64,000 nucleotides of DNA from Octopus bimaculoides (taxonomy: Eukaryota), in assembly GCF_001194135.2 (NCBI RefSeq), contig NC_068999.1, forward strand, positions 25,398,461-25,462,460, in the 5' to 3' direction. Of the stretch, positions 52,080 through 63,629 are shown in pieces. The notes beneath the pieces were generated by a model, which did no database searches, was not told the DNA's origin, and was given only the letters and a program-made list of their open reading frames with translations. Numbering within the stretch: the first letter of the stretch is position 1; the number at the start of each line of letters is the position of its first letter. Both the position numbers and the translations under genes were made by a program.

Positions 52080-52790
52080 TTTGAATGTATAATTTAGCGT
52101 TATCTCGATTTTTCCTAATTTAGACCATATCCCTAGAAAATTTAGCACCCTCGTCAATAATCTACACCCTGGTTTTAAATTCACAAGAGAAATGAGCAAC
52201 ACACAATTACCATTTCTTCACATAATAGTAGTTAAAAACCACATCACAATCACAACTGGTATTTATTACAAAAGCACAGATACACACCAGTACCTAAATT
52301 TTAAATCATGCCAACCCAACACACAAAATGTAACATTCCGTACTGACGAGCCAGCAAAATTAGTACTGTAGTCGATGATCCAAATACCAGAAACACACGA
52401 CTTAAAGAACTCAAAGGATTTCTGCTCAAGCAAAATTACCCTCTCCTACTCATAGAAAATAGCATACAATGGGCAAAAGAGATACCTTGAGAACAACTTA
52501 GAGCAACACAAAAAAGATGAACCCATCAAAAGAACACAATACCATTTCTAGTAACACACAATCTGCATCATTAAGACATTTTTAACATCATCAAAATAAA
52601 TTTGCCAATCATAAAACAAAGTGAAAAATTAAAAATCATACTAACTAATCAAACACTTATCTTAAGCAAAAGGCGACCACATAACCTAAGGAAACTATTA
52701 ACAAAGGCAAAATTCAACATGAACAAACAGGATAACACATTCACAGTAACCATGTGTAATGATAACATATGTGGAACATGTTATGGATAG
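52080..52790 (+). mobile_element. Neptune-type Penelope-like fragment (RT thumb and linker up to the Cys motif)
   Basis: LHPGFKFT...LPFLHI...YYKSTDTHQYL...NYP...RPHNLRKLL...CNDNICGTC, with scattered stops. Confidence 0.8.
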
Positions 52791-52837
52791 ATTTTCGCAA
52801 ATGCAGATTTGAAATGCAAACGCAGAAATTTGATCTA

Positions 52838-53700
52838 CTACATTAAATGTCCAAATTGCAGGTGTGCAACATCTCTGGGGTTCTGTATTTTCTGCAAGAC
52901 TTTCGTATCATCTGTGTAGCTATCAAGGGTGGCTATCCAGGCAGCTGAGAGCATATCTGAGAGGATCACTATGAACAGCAGTGGTCCCAAGACAGAACCC
53001 TGTGGAACACCACTGACTATTTGTGTTTTCATTGAGGCGGCTCCATTGGCCACTACTGCCTGACTATTATCTTTCAGAAAGTCATGTAACCACTCTCCAA
53101 GTTTTCCAGCTATGCTGAGATCACACAGTTTGTGACATATCATACCATGATCCAATTTATCAAAAATTTTTGCAAAATCAAGGTATATTATGTCCACATT
53201 TGACTTGTTGAGAAACTGTCTCAACACCCAGTCATAATGCTGTAAGAGCTGGGTCAGGCCGCTCCTACCTGGTTGAAAGCCATGCTGGGTATCACTCAGC
53301 AAGTTGTTTTCATCAAGGAATGCGGTTAGTTTCCCTCTGACTTTCCCTTCCATGACTTTGTTGATATGTGAAATCAGAGAGATAGGCATATAGTCTTTGG
53401 CATCTACTCTGCTTCCCCCTTTATGGATTGGGCATATTATTTCCTCCTTCAGTTTGCTTGGCAGCCTGCCGTTTGCAAGAAAGCTCTGGAAGAGAATCTG
53501 TAGAGGTCTTGCCAGGGCACAATTACATGATTTAAGGAGGATTGCTGGGAAACCAACAGGACCAGCAGTTGAGTATGCATCCACCTCATCTATGGCTAGT
53601 AGTATATCTTCACTAAGGTCTATGTAATCCATCGTAATTGCCTCACTGGTTATAGGTGAGAAGGCAAATAAATCCACTGGTTCATTCACTTCTCTGTCAT
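52838..53700 (-). mobile_element. CR1/L2-group LINE reverse transcriptase fragment
   Basis: Open frame with PIHKGG, YMPISLIS, QHGFQPGRS, YLDFAKIFD, GVPQGSVLGPLLF and YTDD. Confidence 0.9.
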
Positions 53701-53710
53701 TCAGTACCTC

Positions 53711-54107
53711 ACTAGTGCCCCTGGACTGGCTCTTGTATGGGTGACACATAAAATACACCATTTTGAGCGTGGCCGTTGCCAGTACCGCCTGACTGGCCTT
53801 CATAGGATTTTCAAGCGAGATCGTTGCCAGTGCCCCTGGACTGGCTCTTGTGTAGGTGGCACATAAAATACACCATTTTGAGTGTGGCTGTTGCCAGTAC
53901 CGCCTGACTGGCCTTCGTGCGGGTGACACGTAAAAGCACCCACTACACTCTTTTAGTGGTTGGCGTTGGGAAGGGCATCCAGCTGTAGAAACTCTGCCAA
54001 ATCAGATTGTTGGCCGGTGTTGCCATCCGGTTTCACCAGTCTTCAGTCAAATCGTCCAACCCATGCTAGCATGGAAAGCGGACGTTAAACGATGATGATG
54101 ATGATGA

Positions 54108-54110
<3 letters not shown>
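53711..54110 (+). mobile_element. SINE with duplicated internal modules and a (GAT)n tail, adjoining the CR1-like RT
   Basis: Two ~87-bp near-identical modules, then ggttggcgttgggaagggcatccagctgtagaaac...catgctagcatggaaagcggacgttaaacgatgatgat. Confidence 0.8.
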
Positions 54111-54155
<45 letters not shown>

Positions 54156-54179
54156 GTATGTATATGTATGTATGTATGT

Positions 54180-54960
54180 ATCAAATGTGATTTATGTCTT
54201 TTGGAAAAATTCTGTATTTTATTCCAGGGCAATAGCGCTTTGAATCAAAGAAGCAAACTCTTGAATTCCTGCAGACACACAACAAAATTTAAAATGTTGG
54301 CTAACAATAACCATATGGAAAGTATATTTTTTTGAGTCTTGAACTAGTTTTTAATTCCACTGTTGGATTTGTATCTTGTAATGCATTGTTTATTTCACAT
54401 AGCAAAGATATTGTATATATTTCAACATATTTCTTAAGAAAACCTTCGACTGCTATATGTATATATTATTTTCATGTTTAAGATTTTATTTTTATTTCAT
54501 TTTATTGTATTCAAATCCATTTAATTGTTATATTTATAGATAATTCGATATATGGTGTTCTATTTTGCATGTCTTTTATCTGATTTTTATTATTATACAC
54601 TCAACAATTTTTTAAAAAGTTGTTTGTATATATACGACAGGACCTAGATAAAGCAAAACATAAATATAATAATAGGAGACCAAAAAAATACGATTAAATT
54701 TAATTCTTTTATTGATAATAATAAATTATATATTATGAAAAATAAATGTAATAATATAAATAATAAAAAACAAAATTTGGTTCATTATTCCTTATGGAGT
54801 TCAAGTTAAAACAAACATTAAAGAAATTTTAAATATAATTGAGGTATTGCTTAAAGGTAATAAAAAATATAATAACATTTTTTCTAGTGATAATTTTGGA
54901 GTTGATAACACTACTACTAATAATGTTGGTAATATTATTTCTTCTTTTAATAAATTTAAG
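54180..54960 (+). mobile_element. Two Naiad-like Penelope fragments (C-terminal tail 54180-54330; linker 54770-54960)
   Basis: KCDLCLLEKFCI...LNQRSKLLNSCRHTTKF and KIWFIIPYGVQVKTNIKEIL...NVGNIISSFNK resemble, from memory, the PLE motifs C-x2-C...LNKRSEL-x2-CRH and IWFNPPY-x3-VKTN. Confidence 0.55.
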
Positions 54961-55141
54961 NNNNNNNNNNNNNNNNNNNNNNNNNNNNNNNNNNNNNNNN
55001 NNNNNNNNNNNNNNNNNNNNNNNNNNNNNNNNNNNNNNNNNNNNNNNNNNNNNNNNNNNNGTTCTTTATTCTAGGTAGTCCAGCCATGTTCCTCTAAGCA
55101 ACTAACTCTAAGACTTACTTGTGTGCACATGCATAATGGTG

Positions 55142-55191
<50 letters not shown>

Positions 55192-56980
55192 TGTGTGTGT
55201 GTGTGTGTGTTTGTAAATATATGTGTGCATATGTGTGTGTGAAGAGATAGACACAATTTTCCACTATTTTATCATTTGTCTGTCTGCATCCAAAACGATT
55301 CATCAAACTATCCTTCTCAGTAATTTTCAACAGGTAAAAAAAACGTTTGTGTAACTGATATGGGTAAGTTTGTTATACTTAATCTTTGAATCTTAGTTGG
55401 AGGAAGTGGAATGCTAAAGATGTCAAAAAACTCTGGCTCCTTTACTCTCCTCACATACATAGAGAGAAACACACTCAACAGAAATACGACACACCCAAAT
55501 TCTAGATGCAACTGAAAGGAAGTTATCTGATATTGCATGCTGAATAATACTCTAGTAGATGGTCTGTAAAACAGGGAAATGACAGCATTCTTCTATCAGG
55601 TTAAATACAAATTAGACATAAGAATCCAGAACACAGAAAATATTTGCTGTCTTTCATATTCTCAAAGTATGGCAGTAGAGTTTAAAGCTTTTATTATTAT
55701 CATTATTACTATTATTATTATTACTATTATTATTATTGCATGTTTCACATTTGTTTCTTGTGTATAAGGTCTCCCATTTACTTGCAATGTAGAAGTGTTG
55801 CAGTTAAGTTTTCTGCAACCTGTTTTGATTCTCAGTTCTCATTTCACTTTGGAGGTACATGAGTATCATTTTACTTTGAAAATTCATATCATTAATTTAC
55901 CATTTCACTGCACCAAATAAAAAAAGTTTGTCTGGTGACATTTTCTTTCATATATTAAAGCTCATACATATAGAGTGGAAGTTTTTTTGTTTCTTTTAGA
56001 TTGTATGCTCTCTATCAATTACTATACCCTCAATTTAAATCTCACAATTGTTCTTCCATCAGTCCTTGTCTAATGATCAATCAATTATTGTTTTGTTTTT
56101 TGTTTTTTTTCTTATATTCCAATATTCTCTGAATTCAACCACCTTTTTCTGGAAATAACAAAATCATGTTAAGCACAATTTCAAATGGATAACAATCTCG
56201 TCCTTTGAAAGTTAGCTAGGAACCAAAGTGGTAAAATAGGCAATTATAACCAAATATAATTCCTGCTGCTCAATCAGCTTTTGACTGGCTGTAGTCATTT
56301 GTTGATTTTAAGCCATTCACCTATCACCTGTCATTTCTTATCCATTTCCTGGTGAATACAAGCAACCAAATGAAACCTGCTCATCTTACATACAGAGAGA
56401 GAAACACACACAATGCACATACATTTGGGCCACATGAGACATGGCTCATCATTAGGTGGGCCACACTTCTAAAAAAATTCAAGGTAATTTTTCATTGGTG
56501 TGCTATTCAGAAAGTCCCACAGGCTGCAGTTTGCCAATGACTGATCTAGGGCTATATTGTTTTTAAGATGGTGGAGTGTGATTTGAGGGTGATTTCTATA
56601 TTTCTAGAAGATTGAACGATCATGCAGAAGTTTTCTGAAATGGTTTCAATCAAATATACTCTTTCTCTACAAAGTGATGGTTGTGTGTCTAAACAAGAAA
56701 ACACTATTCATTATTCACAGATATTTATAATGGTATGAATTACACAATGTAACAAAATTTTTTGTCTTTGATCAGTAAGTGTTATTCCTATTTGCTTCTA
56801 TCTAGAAACCAAAAGAAAAGGCTGCTATTCCCTTCAAATTTTGCTTTCGTGATCTGGACATGAATGTTTTGAAATTGACCTCTTTTCCATTACATTTAAG
56901 ACAGATTCAGTGCCAAGTTGCTGAAGCAGAAATATCATTATAGCAAATATTCTACTCACTACCTCAGATTTGCTTGTAAG

Positions 56981-57030
56981 CTACTTGATCTTAACTACTT
57001 GATCTTAACTACTTGATCTTAACTACTTGA
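56981..57030. repeat. 14-bp tandem repeat (ctacttgatcttaa) x3.6
   Basis: Three perfect copies plus a partial fourth. Confidence 0.95.
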
Positions 57031-57986
57031 GCCTGACACTTCGTGACTGACAATACGTGCATCTCTGATCATGAGCAGGAGTAGTAGAGGAGCATCATAG
57101 CCATGTGTTGAGAGGAATAATTTGGGGTTTGAATAAATGTAACAAAAGCAAAGTGTGAAGAAAATATAAACCATTTTTCAGACTTTCTTGAGGTAAACGA
57201 ATAGGAAATAACAGTTGCTACCCAAGGACAAAAATCGTCAATGATAAATTTATCAATTTGTAATGAAGTGATTACAAAATCCATATATTTTTCTTTTTAA
57301 GTCTCAGGTTTAAACTGTTGCAGTATATTTATGCAATAGCTGATATCAACCTATTTTATTTCATTGCTGTTTTAGAAAACAGACAGTTAGAAGTTGAGTA
57401 GAATAAAAAGCTGTTTGATCTAGAAACTGTCAGTATGTAGATGAAGGATTTTGGACGAGATCCAATTCTGATTTCTGCAGAAAAAGAAATGAACTTTTTA
57501 ATAGGTTAACTTTGATTTAGATAGGAATCTTCAATCTCCAGACCTTTACAATTTTTATCCATTTATATGCTCTTTTCAAATACAATATTTTTTAAAAACC
57601 AAATTAATATTCTCAAGTAGACACTTAACATAATGTATAGTGACATAAATTCTTGAGTTACCTCATTTTTGTCTATTTCTTCTTAATAAGATAACAGGAT
57701 ATAGACTGTTCTAGATTCCTACATTCTCTCATTCTAAGACATTCTTGTAGTTTTATACTTCAGTTATTAGTTCGTTTATAATATTTCTATAAGCCAAAAC
57801 AACAAAATAACTCTTATTTTCAGTCCAGCTTAACGATTCCTAGAATTTTACATGTTAGTTTCTCTATTTTTGTATTCTTGTGTCATTGCCGTTATTTATA
57901 TTTATTTTCACTCATTTTAAAATTTTGAATTCCCTTCGAATTTCAACTTTGATTCTTCACTCAATTTTATAAGCACATCCTCTACA

Positions 57987-58200
57987 GTGTCACATAAAAG
58001 CACCCATGAAGTGCGTCATAAAAGCGCCCAGGAAGTGCCACATAAAGTTACACCCAGTACCATAAAGTGGTTGGCATTGGGAAGAGCATCCAGCCATAGA
58101 AACTGTGCCAAATCAAACTGGAGTCTGGTGCAGTTCCCCAGCTTGCCAGCTCTGGTCAAACCTTCCAGCCCATGCCAGATGGACAATGGACATTAAATGA
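57987..58200 (+). mobile_element. Degraded SINE: modules plus (GAT)-type tail
   Basis: Three cataaaagc-type modules, then ggttggcattgggaagagcatccagccatagaaac...ccatgccagatggacaatggacattaaatgat. Confidence 0.65.
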
Positions 58201-58556
58201 TATATATAATCTCTCTCTTTCCTTGAAATTTTTAATGTTTAGTTTCATAGAAACATTTCTCCCAAATTCATCCCTAGTAATATGAGAAATTTTAATGGGT
58301 TACACAGACTTGCAAATCATCTGTTTTACAGACCTTTCTATTCTTTTCTTTTTTTTGCTCATTAGACTGTAACTATTTTGGAATACAACCCTAACAAGAA
58401 GAGTTTGAAGAGTAAGAAAATGGACAGAAGACAAAACTTTTGAATTTCAAAACAAGGAAATAGATACTAAATCTAAAACAAGGAAATAGATACTAAATTT
58501 AACAAGCTTCACATTTATTCAGAATCAAAAGTAATTAATGACTGGCTGGTACTTAC

Positions 58557-58610
58557 TCGTTCTCCTTTTGTTCCATTACAGATACATTTAGGTTCACAGC
58601 CACTACATGC
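58557..58610 (-). CDS. COL4A1: Collagen IV alpha1-like, exon encoding the N-terminal cysteine cluster of the 7S domain (ACSGCEPKCICNGTKGER)
   Basis: 54-bp phase 0-0 exon with a strong acceptor (ttttgttttttgttttttgcag) and donor (gtaagt). C-x2-C-x3-C-x-C followed by GTKGER matches my recollection of C. elegans EMB-9 (ACKGCAPPCVCPGTKGERG) and the start of human COL4A1. Alpha1 versus alpha2 is assigned from remembered sequences. Confidence 0.88.
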
Positions 58611-59879
58611 CTGCAAAAAACAAAAAACAAAAATGTATAGATATATATATATATTTAAAAGAAAAAAAACTTGCAGCTTATTCCAAATTTTTTAAATCCT
58701 AACTTTTTAATGCCTGTCATTTTACTTGCACTTTGATAAACCTAATACAACTATAAAAGGTGATTGCTCAAGGTGTTACACTGAGAAACTAAACATGGAA
58801 AAAAGTAGTTTTGAAGCAAACTTCTAAGACACATAGTTTTGTCCTATTTTTATTGCAGAATTATGAAATTGTTTTGTTTCTCTAAAATACACTACAGATA
58901 ACTGAACAGTGATTAGAGTTGATCAAAACATACTTTTGTATATTTACATGAGATATAAATAATGAGAGACAATGAGAAAGAATAAATTTTGAGTACAAGT
59001 TTTGAACTTATCCAGAGTTCAGTATATCAGTTTTATATATTTACTCAATAATTCAGTTTTACTTTTCAAATATTAATGGTTCAACATCAATTTTTTTTTG
59101 TTTTTAGAATTTACAGAATGATTTTGCTTAATTTATTCTTGATATTGTTACAGTGGAAAGTTATACAGTTGTATGTCTTATTAACACAATCTATTAAATT
59201 TAGTTTGTTTTTTTTTTCTTTTGCTTTTGTGGTGAATGGGGTTCTCTGCGAAAACATTGACTCTTCATCACTTCATTTTTCTTCATTTTTCAGTGATATC
59301 TTTGTATCTTACATATCAAGAAATGAAATATATTATTGAATTATTTCCATTGAATTTTACTAATATATTCCGTTTCTTGTTTGAATGTAGATAAATGTTG
59401 AACACAAAATGTCCATTGGTAAAAACATTGTTCCTATGCAGGAAGAGAAAGGGGCATGGCTGAAACTCATTGATGCAAGCTCCTTATCACTTCCTTCACC
59501 TCATTACAGTGTGCCATTTTATAAATCCAAAACTGAACAATATTTCCAATTTTTTCTTCTTTAAAACAAACAGCAGGTCACTGAAATGCTGTTCCTGTAC
59601 CTACCACCAGGCCACCTACCCTATCACATTCCTCCTCCTCTCTCTCACACACACACACTATATTTGTCAAATAGTGTAGAAAAGGCCAAATGAAAGTTCT
59701 AAGCACCGCAACTCATCAGCAAAAAGAGATTTAAAATGATATATCTATCTTGGTACATTTCAACATTTACCCAAACACAAAACTAATGCTGGTTCCTTAT
59801 ACAATTCCAGAGCTGATAATTTGTAGAGGAAAGGAATAGTAAGTATATTGATGTTATTAACGTGGTTCAAATTATGTAC

Positions 59880-60848
59880 AAAGCATAAAAAGCATTCTAA
59901 ATGCTCTGAAATCATCAAAACACCTAAATTTACCAAACAAGTTCAACAGGCTACTGATTACATCCCAGAAAGTCCATGAGGTCAGCTACAAAAGATCTCC
60001 ATGTGTCAGAAGAAACAGTCAGAAATGTTGTCCACGAAGATATCAGATATAAGTCTTATATGATGAGGAAAGGTCAATTTGCCAGAAAAAGCAAAAGAAA
60101 ATCACTACATCAGATCTAGAAGGCTCTTAAACAAACTGAAAAATCCAGCAGAAGATTTCATTTGGTTATTCTCAAATAAGAAAACTTCGACCAATATCAA
60201 AAAGTTATCAGAAGAAATGACAGATGGTTATGTGCAGACTCTTCTGAAGTTCCAAGTGTTATGCATACAAAATTTCCTGCAACTGTCATGGTTTTAGGAG
60301 TTGTCAGCAATGAGGACATGTGATGCCTCTTTACTTCTTTCCACAAAGCCTTAGAGTTAACTCTGCTGCCTATATTGAGGTCTTGGAAATAATTGTTAAA
60401 CCCTGGATAGACAGTGTACACAATGGAAGGCCATATGTATTTCAGTAAGATTCTGCACTATCACACATGGCTCTAGTAACACAAAAATGGATGGCTGAAG
60501 ATTGTTATGATTACATAACCCCTAACATTTGACCTCCTAATTCTCCAGATCTCAGTCTATTGGATTATTACATGTGGAGCATTGTTGAGAGATAGGTCAT
60601 TGAACATACTCTTAACACCAAATATTCTTTGAAAGCTGCCATAGTCAGAGTAATATCCAAAATGAACCAGGACCACTTGATTCAAACATGTAGATGATTT
60701 AGATCTCAAAGGTGGCTTTATTGGATAACATTATAGAAAAGAAGGTTTATTTTTATCCTCTTAGCATTTTTTCCGTAAATTAAAGCTATTATATATCTGT
60801 TTTTTTTATAAACATAAATATGTCCTCAAATATCTTACACACCCTGTA
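59880..60848 (+). mobile_element. Decayed maT (DD37D) Tc1/mariner-superfamily transposon, 5' end missing
   Basis: Read across stops and frameshifts: VMHTKFPATVMVLGVVSN, YIEVLEIIVKPWI, YVFQ*DSALSH...PPNSPDLSLLDYY, with 37 residues between the last two Asp. Right TIR-like end tgtcctcaaatatcttacacaccctg-TA. Confidence 0.85.
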
Positions 60849-60871
60849 GACAGACAGACAGACAGACAGAC

Positions 60872-60908
<37 letters not shown>

Positions 60909-60924
60909 TATAGATATACACACA

Positions 60925-61140
60925 TCATCATCATCATCATCATCATCGTTTAACGTCCGCTTTCCATGCTAGCATGGGTTGGATGATTTGACTGAGGACT
61001 GGTGAACCGGATGGCTACACCAGGCTCCAATCTGATTTGGCAGAGTTTCTACAACTGGATGACCTTCCTAACGCCAACCACTCCGAGATCCGAGAGTATA
61101 ATGGGTGCTTTTACGTGCCACCAGCATGAAGGCCAGTCGT
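60925..61140 (-). mobile_element. SINE 3' portion with (GAT)n tail
   Basis: Reverse complement of 53920-54110 at high similarity. Confidence 0.8.
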
Positions 61141-61159
61141 GCCGATATCTATAAAAACA

Positions 61160-62900
61160 GTGTTGGACAATGTGCAGGGGGCTTCTATGGCGTACATGGA
61201 GGCTATGGTTTTGGTTCCTGCAATGAGGAGGGAACCAGGCTGCTGGAGTTCTACAATGCAAATGATCTTATGGTTTGTAACACTAACTTCAGGAAACCTG
61301 CCAGTCACCTATTCACTTACCGATCTGGTGGACACACTAGTTAAATTGACTACATCCTCACCAGGAAAAGGGAAAGAAGACAACTTATAATTGCCAAAAC
61401 CTACCCAGGAAAAGAATGCACCCCGCAACATAGATTAGTAGTTAGTGACTTCAGGATCAGGGCTAAATGTATGCCCAGAAGACAACCAGCAAGGAGAAGG
61501 GTCTGGAAGCTTAAGGATTCTGCAAATTGACAGAGATTTAGAGACATATTACTCGAAGCTTTTGATGAAATAGAGGGGAATATAGCATCACATGATGTGG
61601 AAGACAACTGGAGGTTTCTATAGTACAGCCTGTTGAGGACCACTGACCAGATCTGTGGATGGTGCAAAGTCTCTTCTCGACCCAAAGTAATGTGGTGGTG
61701 GAACAATATAGCTGACAGGGCCATTAAGGAAAAGAAACAGGCATGGAAGGACTGGAAGAATGGTGGTAGTAGGGAATTGTATCAGACTGCCAGAAGGAAA
61801 GCTAGGAGACAAGTTTATTTAGCCAGAGAGGAAGCAGATAAGAAGACATTTGCCAATGTTCTGTGTCATGAAGACCAAAGACTTGAAGTGTTGCAAGACA
61901 GTGTGAGAAAGAATCATGATGTCATAGGAGAGAAAGGTGTCCACATGGATGATGGCTCACTTGCATTTAATGAGGCTACAAGGAGAGAAACTTGGGGATG
62001 CCATTATGAAAGGTTACTAAATGAAGAGAATGAATGGGAGAAAGAGAGTCTGCCGAGTGTCGACCCAACAGAGCGACCAGCTATCCAAATTGGCAGTACC
62101 TTGGTAGATAAAGCAATTAACAGTATGAAGACAGGAAAAGCCCCTGGCTCTTCAGGAATCACCGCAGAGATGCTTAAAATATCTGGCGGTGTTGGCTATA
62201 GTCTAGTCACTCACATAGTCAATCAGGTGATACATGAAGGAGTCATACTCAATGACTGGTGTAGCAGCACCATAGTCAATTGCCACAAAGGTAAATGTGA
62301 CGTATTAGATACAAATAATTACAGTGGTATGAAGTTATTGGATCAAGTAATGCAAGTCACAGAGAGGGTCATAGCCTAACTAATTAGGGAGAGAGTCAGT
62401 CTAGATGAGATGCAGTTTGGGTTTGTGCCAGGGAAAAGCACCACTGATGCTATATTTCTGGTAAGACAGCTGCAGGAGAAATATCTAGCTAAAGATAAAC
62501 CTCTGTACCTAGCTTTCATTGACATGGAGAAAGCCTTTGACAGGGTCTCCTGATCCCTTATCTGGTAGTCAATAAGGAAACTAGGGATAGATGAATGGTT
62601 AGTGAGAGCTGTACAAGCCATCTACAGGGATGCTATCACGAAGTACAGTGAAGAATTCTGGGTAGGAGTAGGAGTCTGCCAAGGATCAGTCCTCAGCCTT
62701 CTCTTATTTATCATAGTCCTCCAGGCAATAACAGAGGAATTCAAGACAGGATGCCCTGGGAGCTCATCTATGTTGATGACCTTGCTCTAATTGCTGAGTC
62801 ACTATCAGAACTAGAGAAGTTTCAGGTGTGGAAACAAGGTCTAGAAATGAAGGGTCATAGAGTCAACCTAGCAAAAACCAAAGTCCTAATAAGTAGGAAG
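61160..62900 (+). mobile_element. RTE-clade LINE: end of APE endonuclease plus RT, with stops
   Basis: HGGYGFGSCNEEG...IDYIL...QHRLVV (APE); KAPGSSGITAEMLK, QFGFVPGKSTTDAIF, FIDMEKAFDRV, QGSVLS, YVDDL (RT). Confidence 0.92.
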
Positions 62901-63048
62901 CCATTGGTCACTATGATTGACCATATAATTAGCTGCCTGTAAATATATATATGTGTGTGAGTGTGTGTATATATATATATATATATATGTCTGTGTGTAT
63001 GTGCATATATATGTATGCATATATATATATATGCATATGTGTGTGTAA

Positions 63049-63082
<34 letters not shown>

Positions 63083-63629
63083 NNNNNNNNNNATATATAT
63101 ATATATATATATATATACAGAGAGAGAGAGAGAATGAAAGTGGTGGCACAGAGAGACGCTAAACGATAAACTGAAAATACACATAACAGATGTAGAAAAG
63201 CTGAATCCCTCATCAGGTGTTAACCAAATTTCATTACAATTTCAACACCTGCTAACAGTATTATTCAATTTGGCAGTTTAACAACATAAGCTACGGGGGT
63301 GGGGTATAAATGTGCAAACATGATAGATGAATGACTACTGTACAACATACCTGAAATAACAAGGACACATTATTGAAGAGGTTGCAAATGGAGATGAAAG
63401 GACACTGAGAAGCCAACTGACCAATTGATTGAATGAACAGCTATGCAATCAATTAATTTATTTATTAGCAAACTGGATATAATAATAATCCTTTCAACTA
63501 TGAGCACAAGACTTGAAATTTTTGTGGGTGAACCCTAGTACTTAACTAGTGCTTATATTTCACCATCTCTGAAAGGATGAAAGGTGAAGTCAACATATGT
63601 CAGAATGTCAGGTGAAATGCTTCAATGCA

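Noticed and set aside
54640-54960. Very AT-rich open frame as a possible organellar (NUMT) or foreign insert
   Set aside because: The translation fits a Penelope-like linker motif better than any mitochondrial protein I recognise.
56981-57030. Short regular repeats as a possible CRISPR-like array
   Set aside because: These are contiguous tandem copies with no spacers, in a eukaryotic context with no cas genes.
63185-63225. CUGAUGA on the minus strand followed by GGGA
   Set aside because: There is no GAAA box or convincing helix II.
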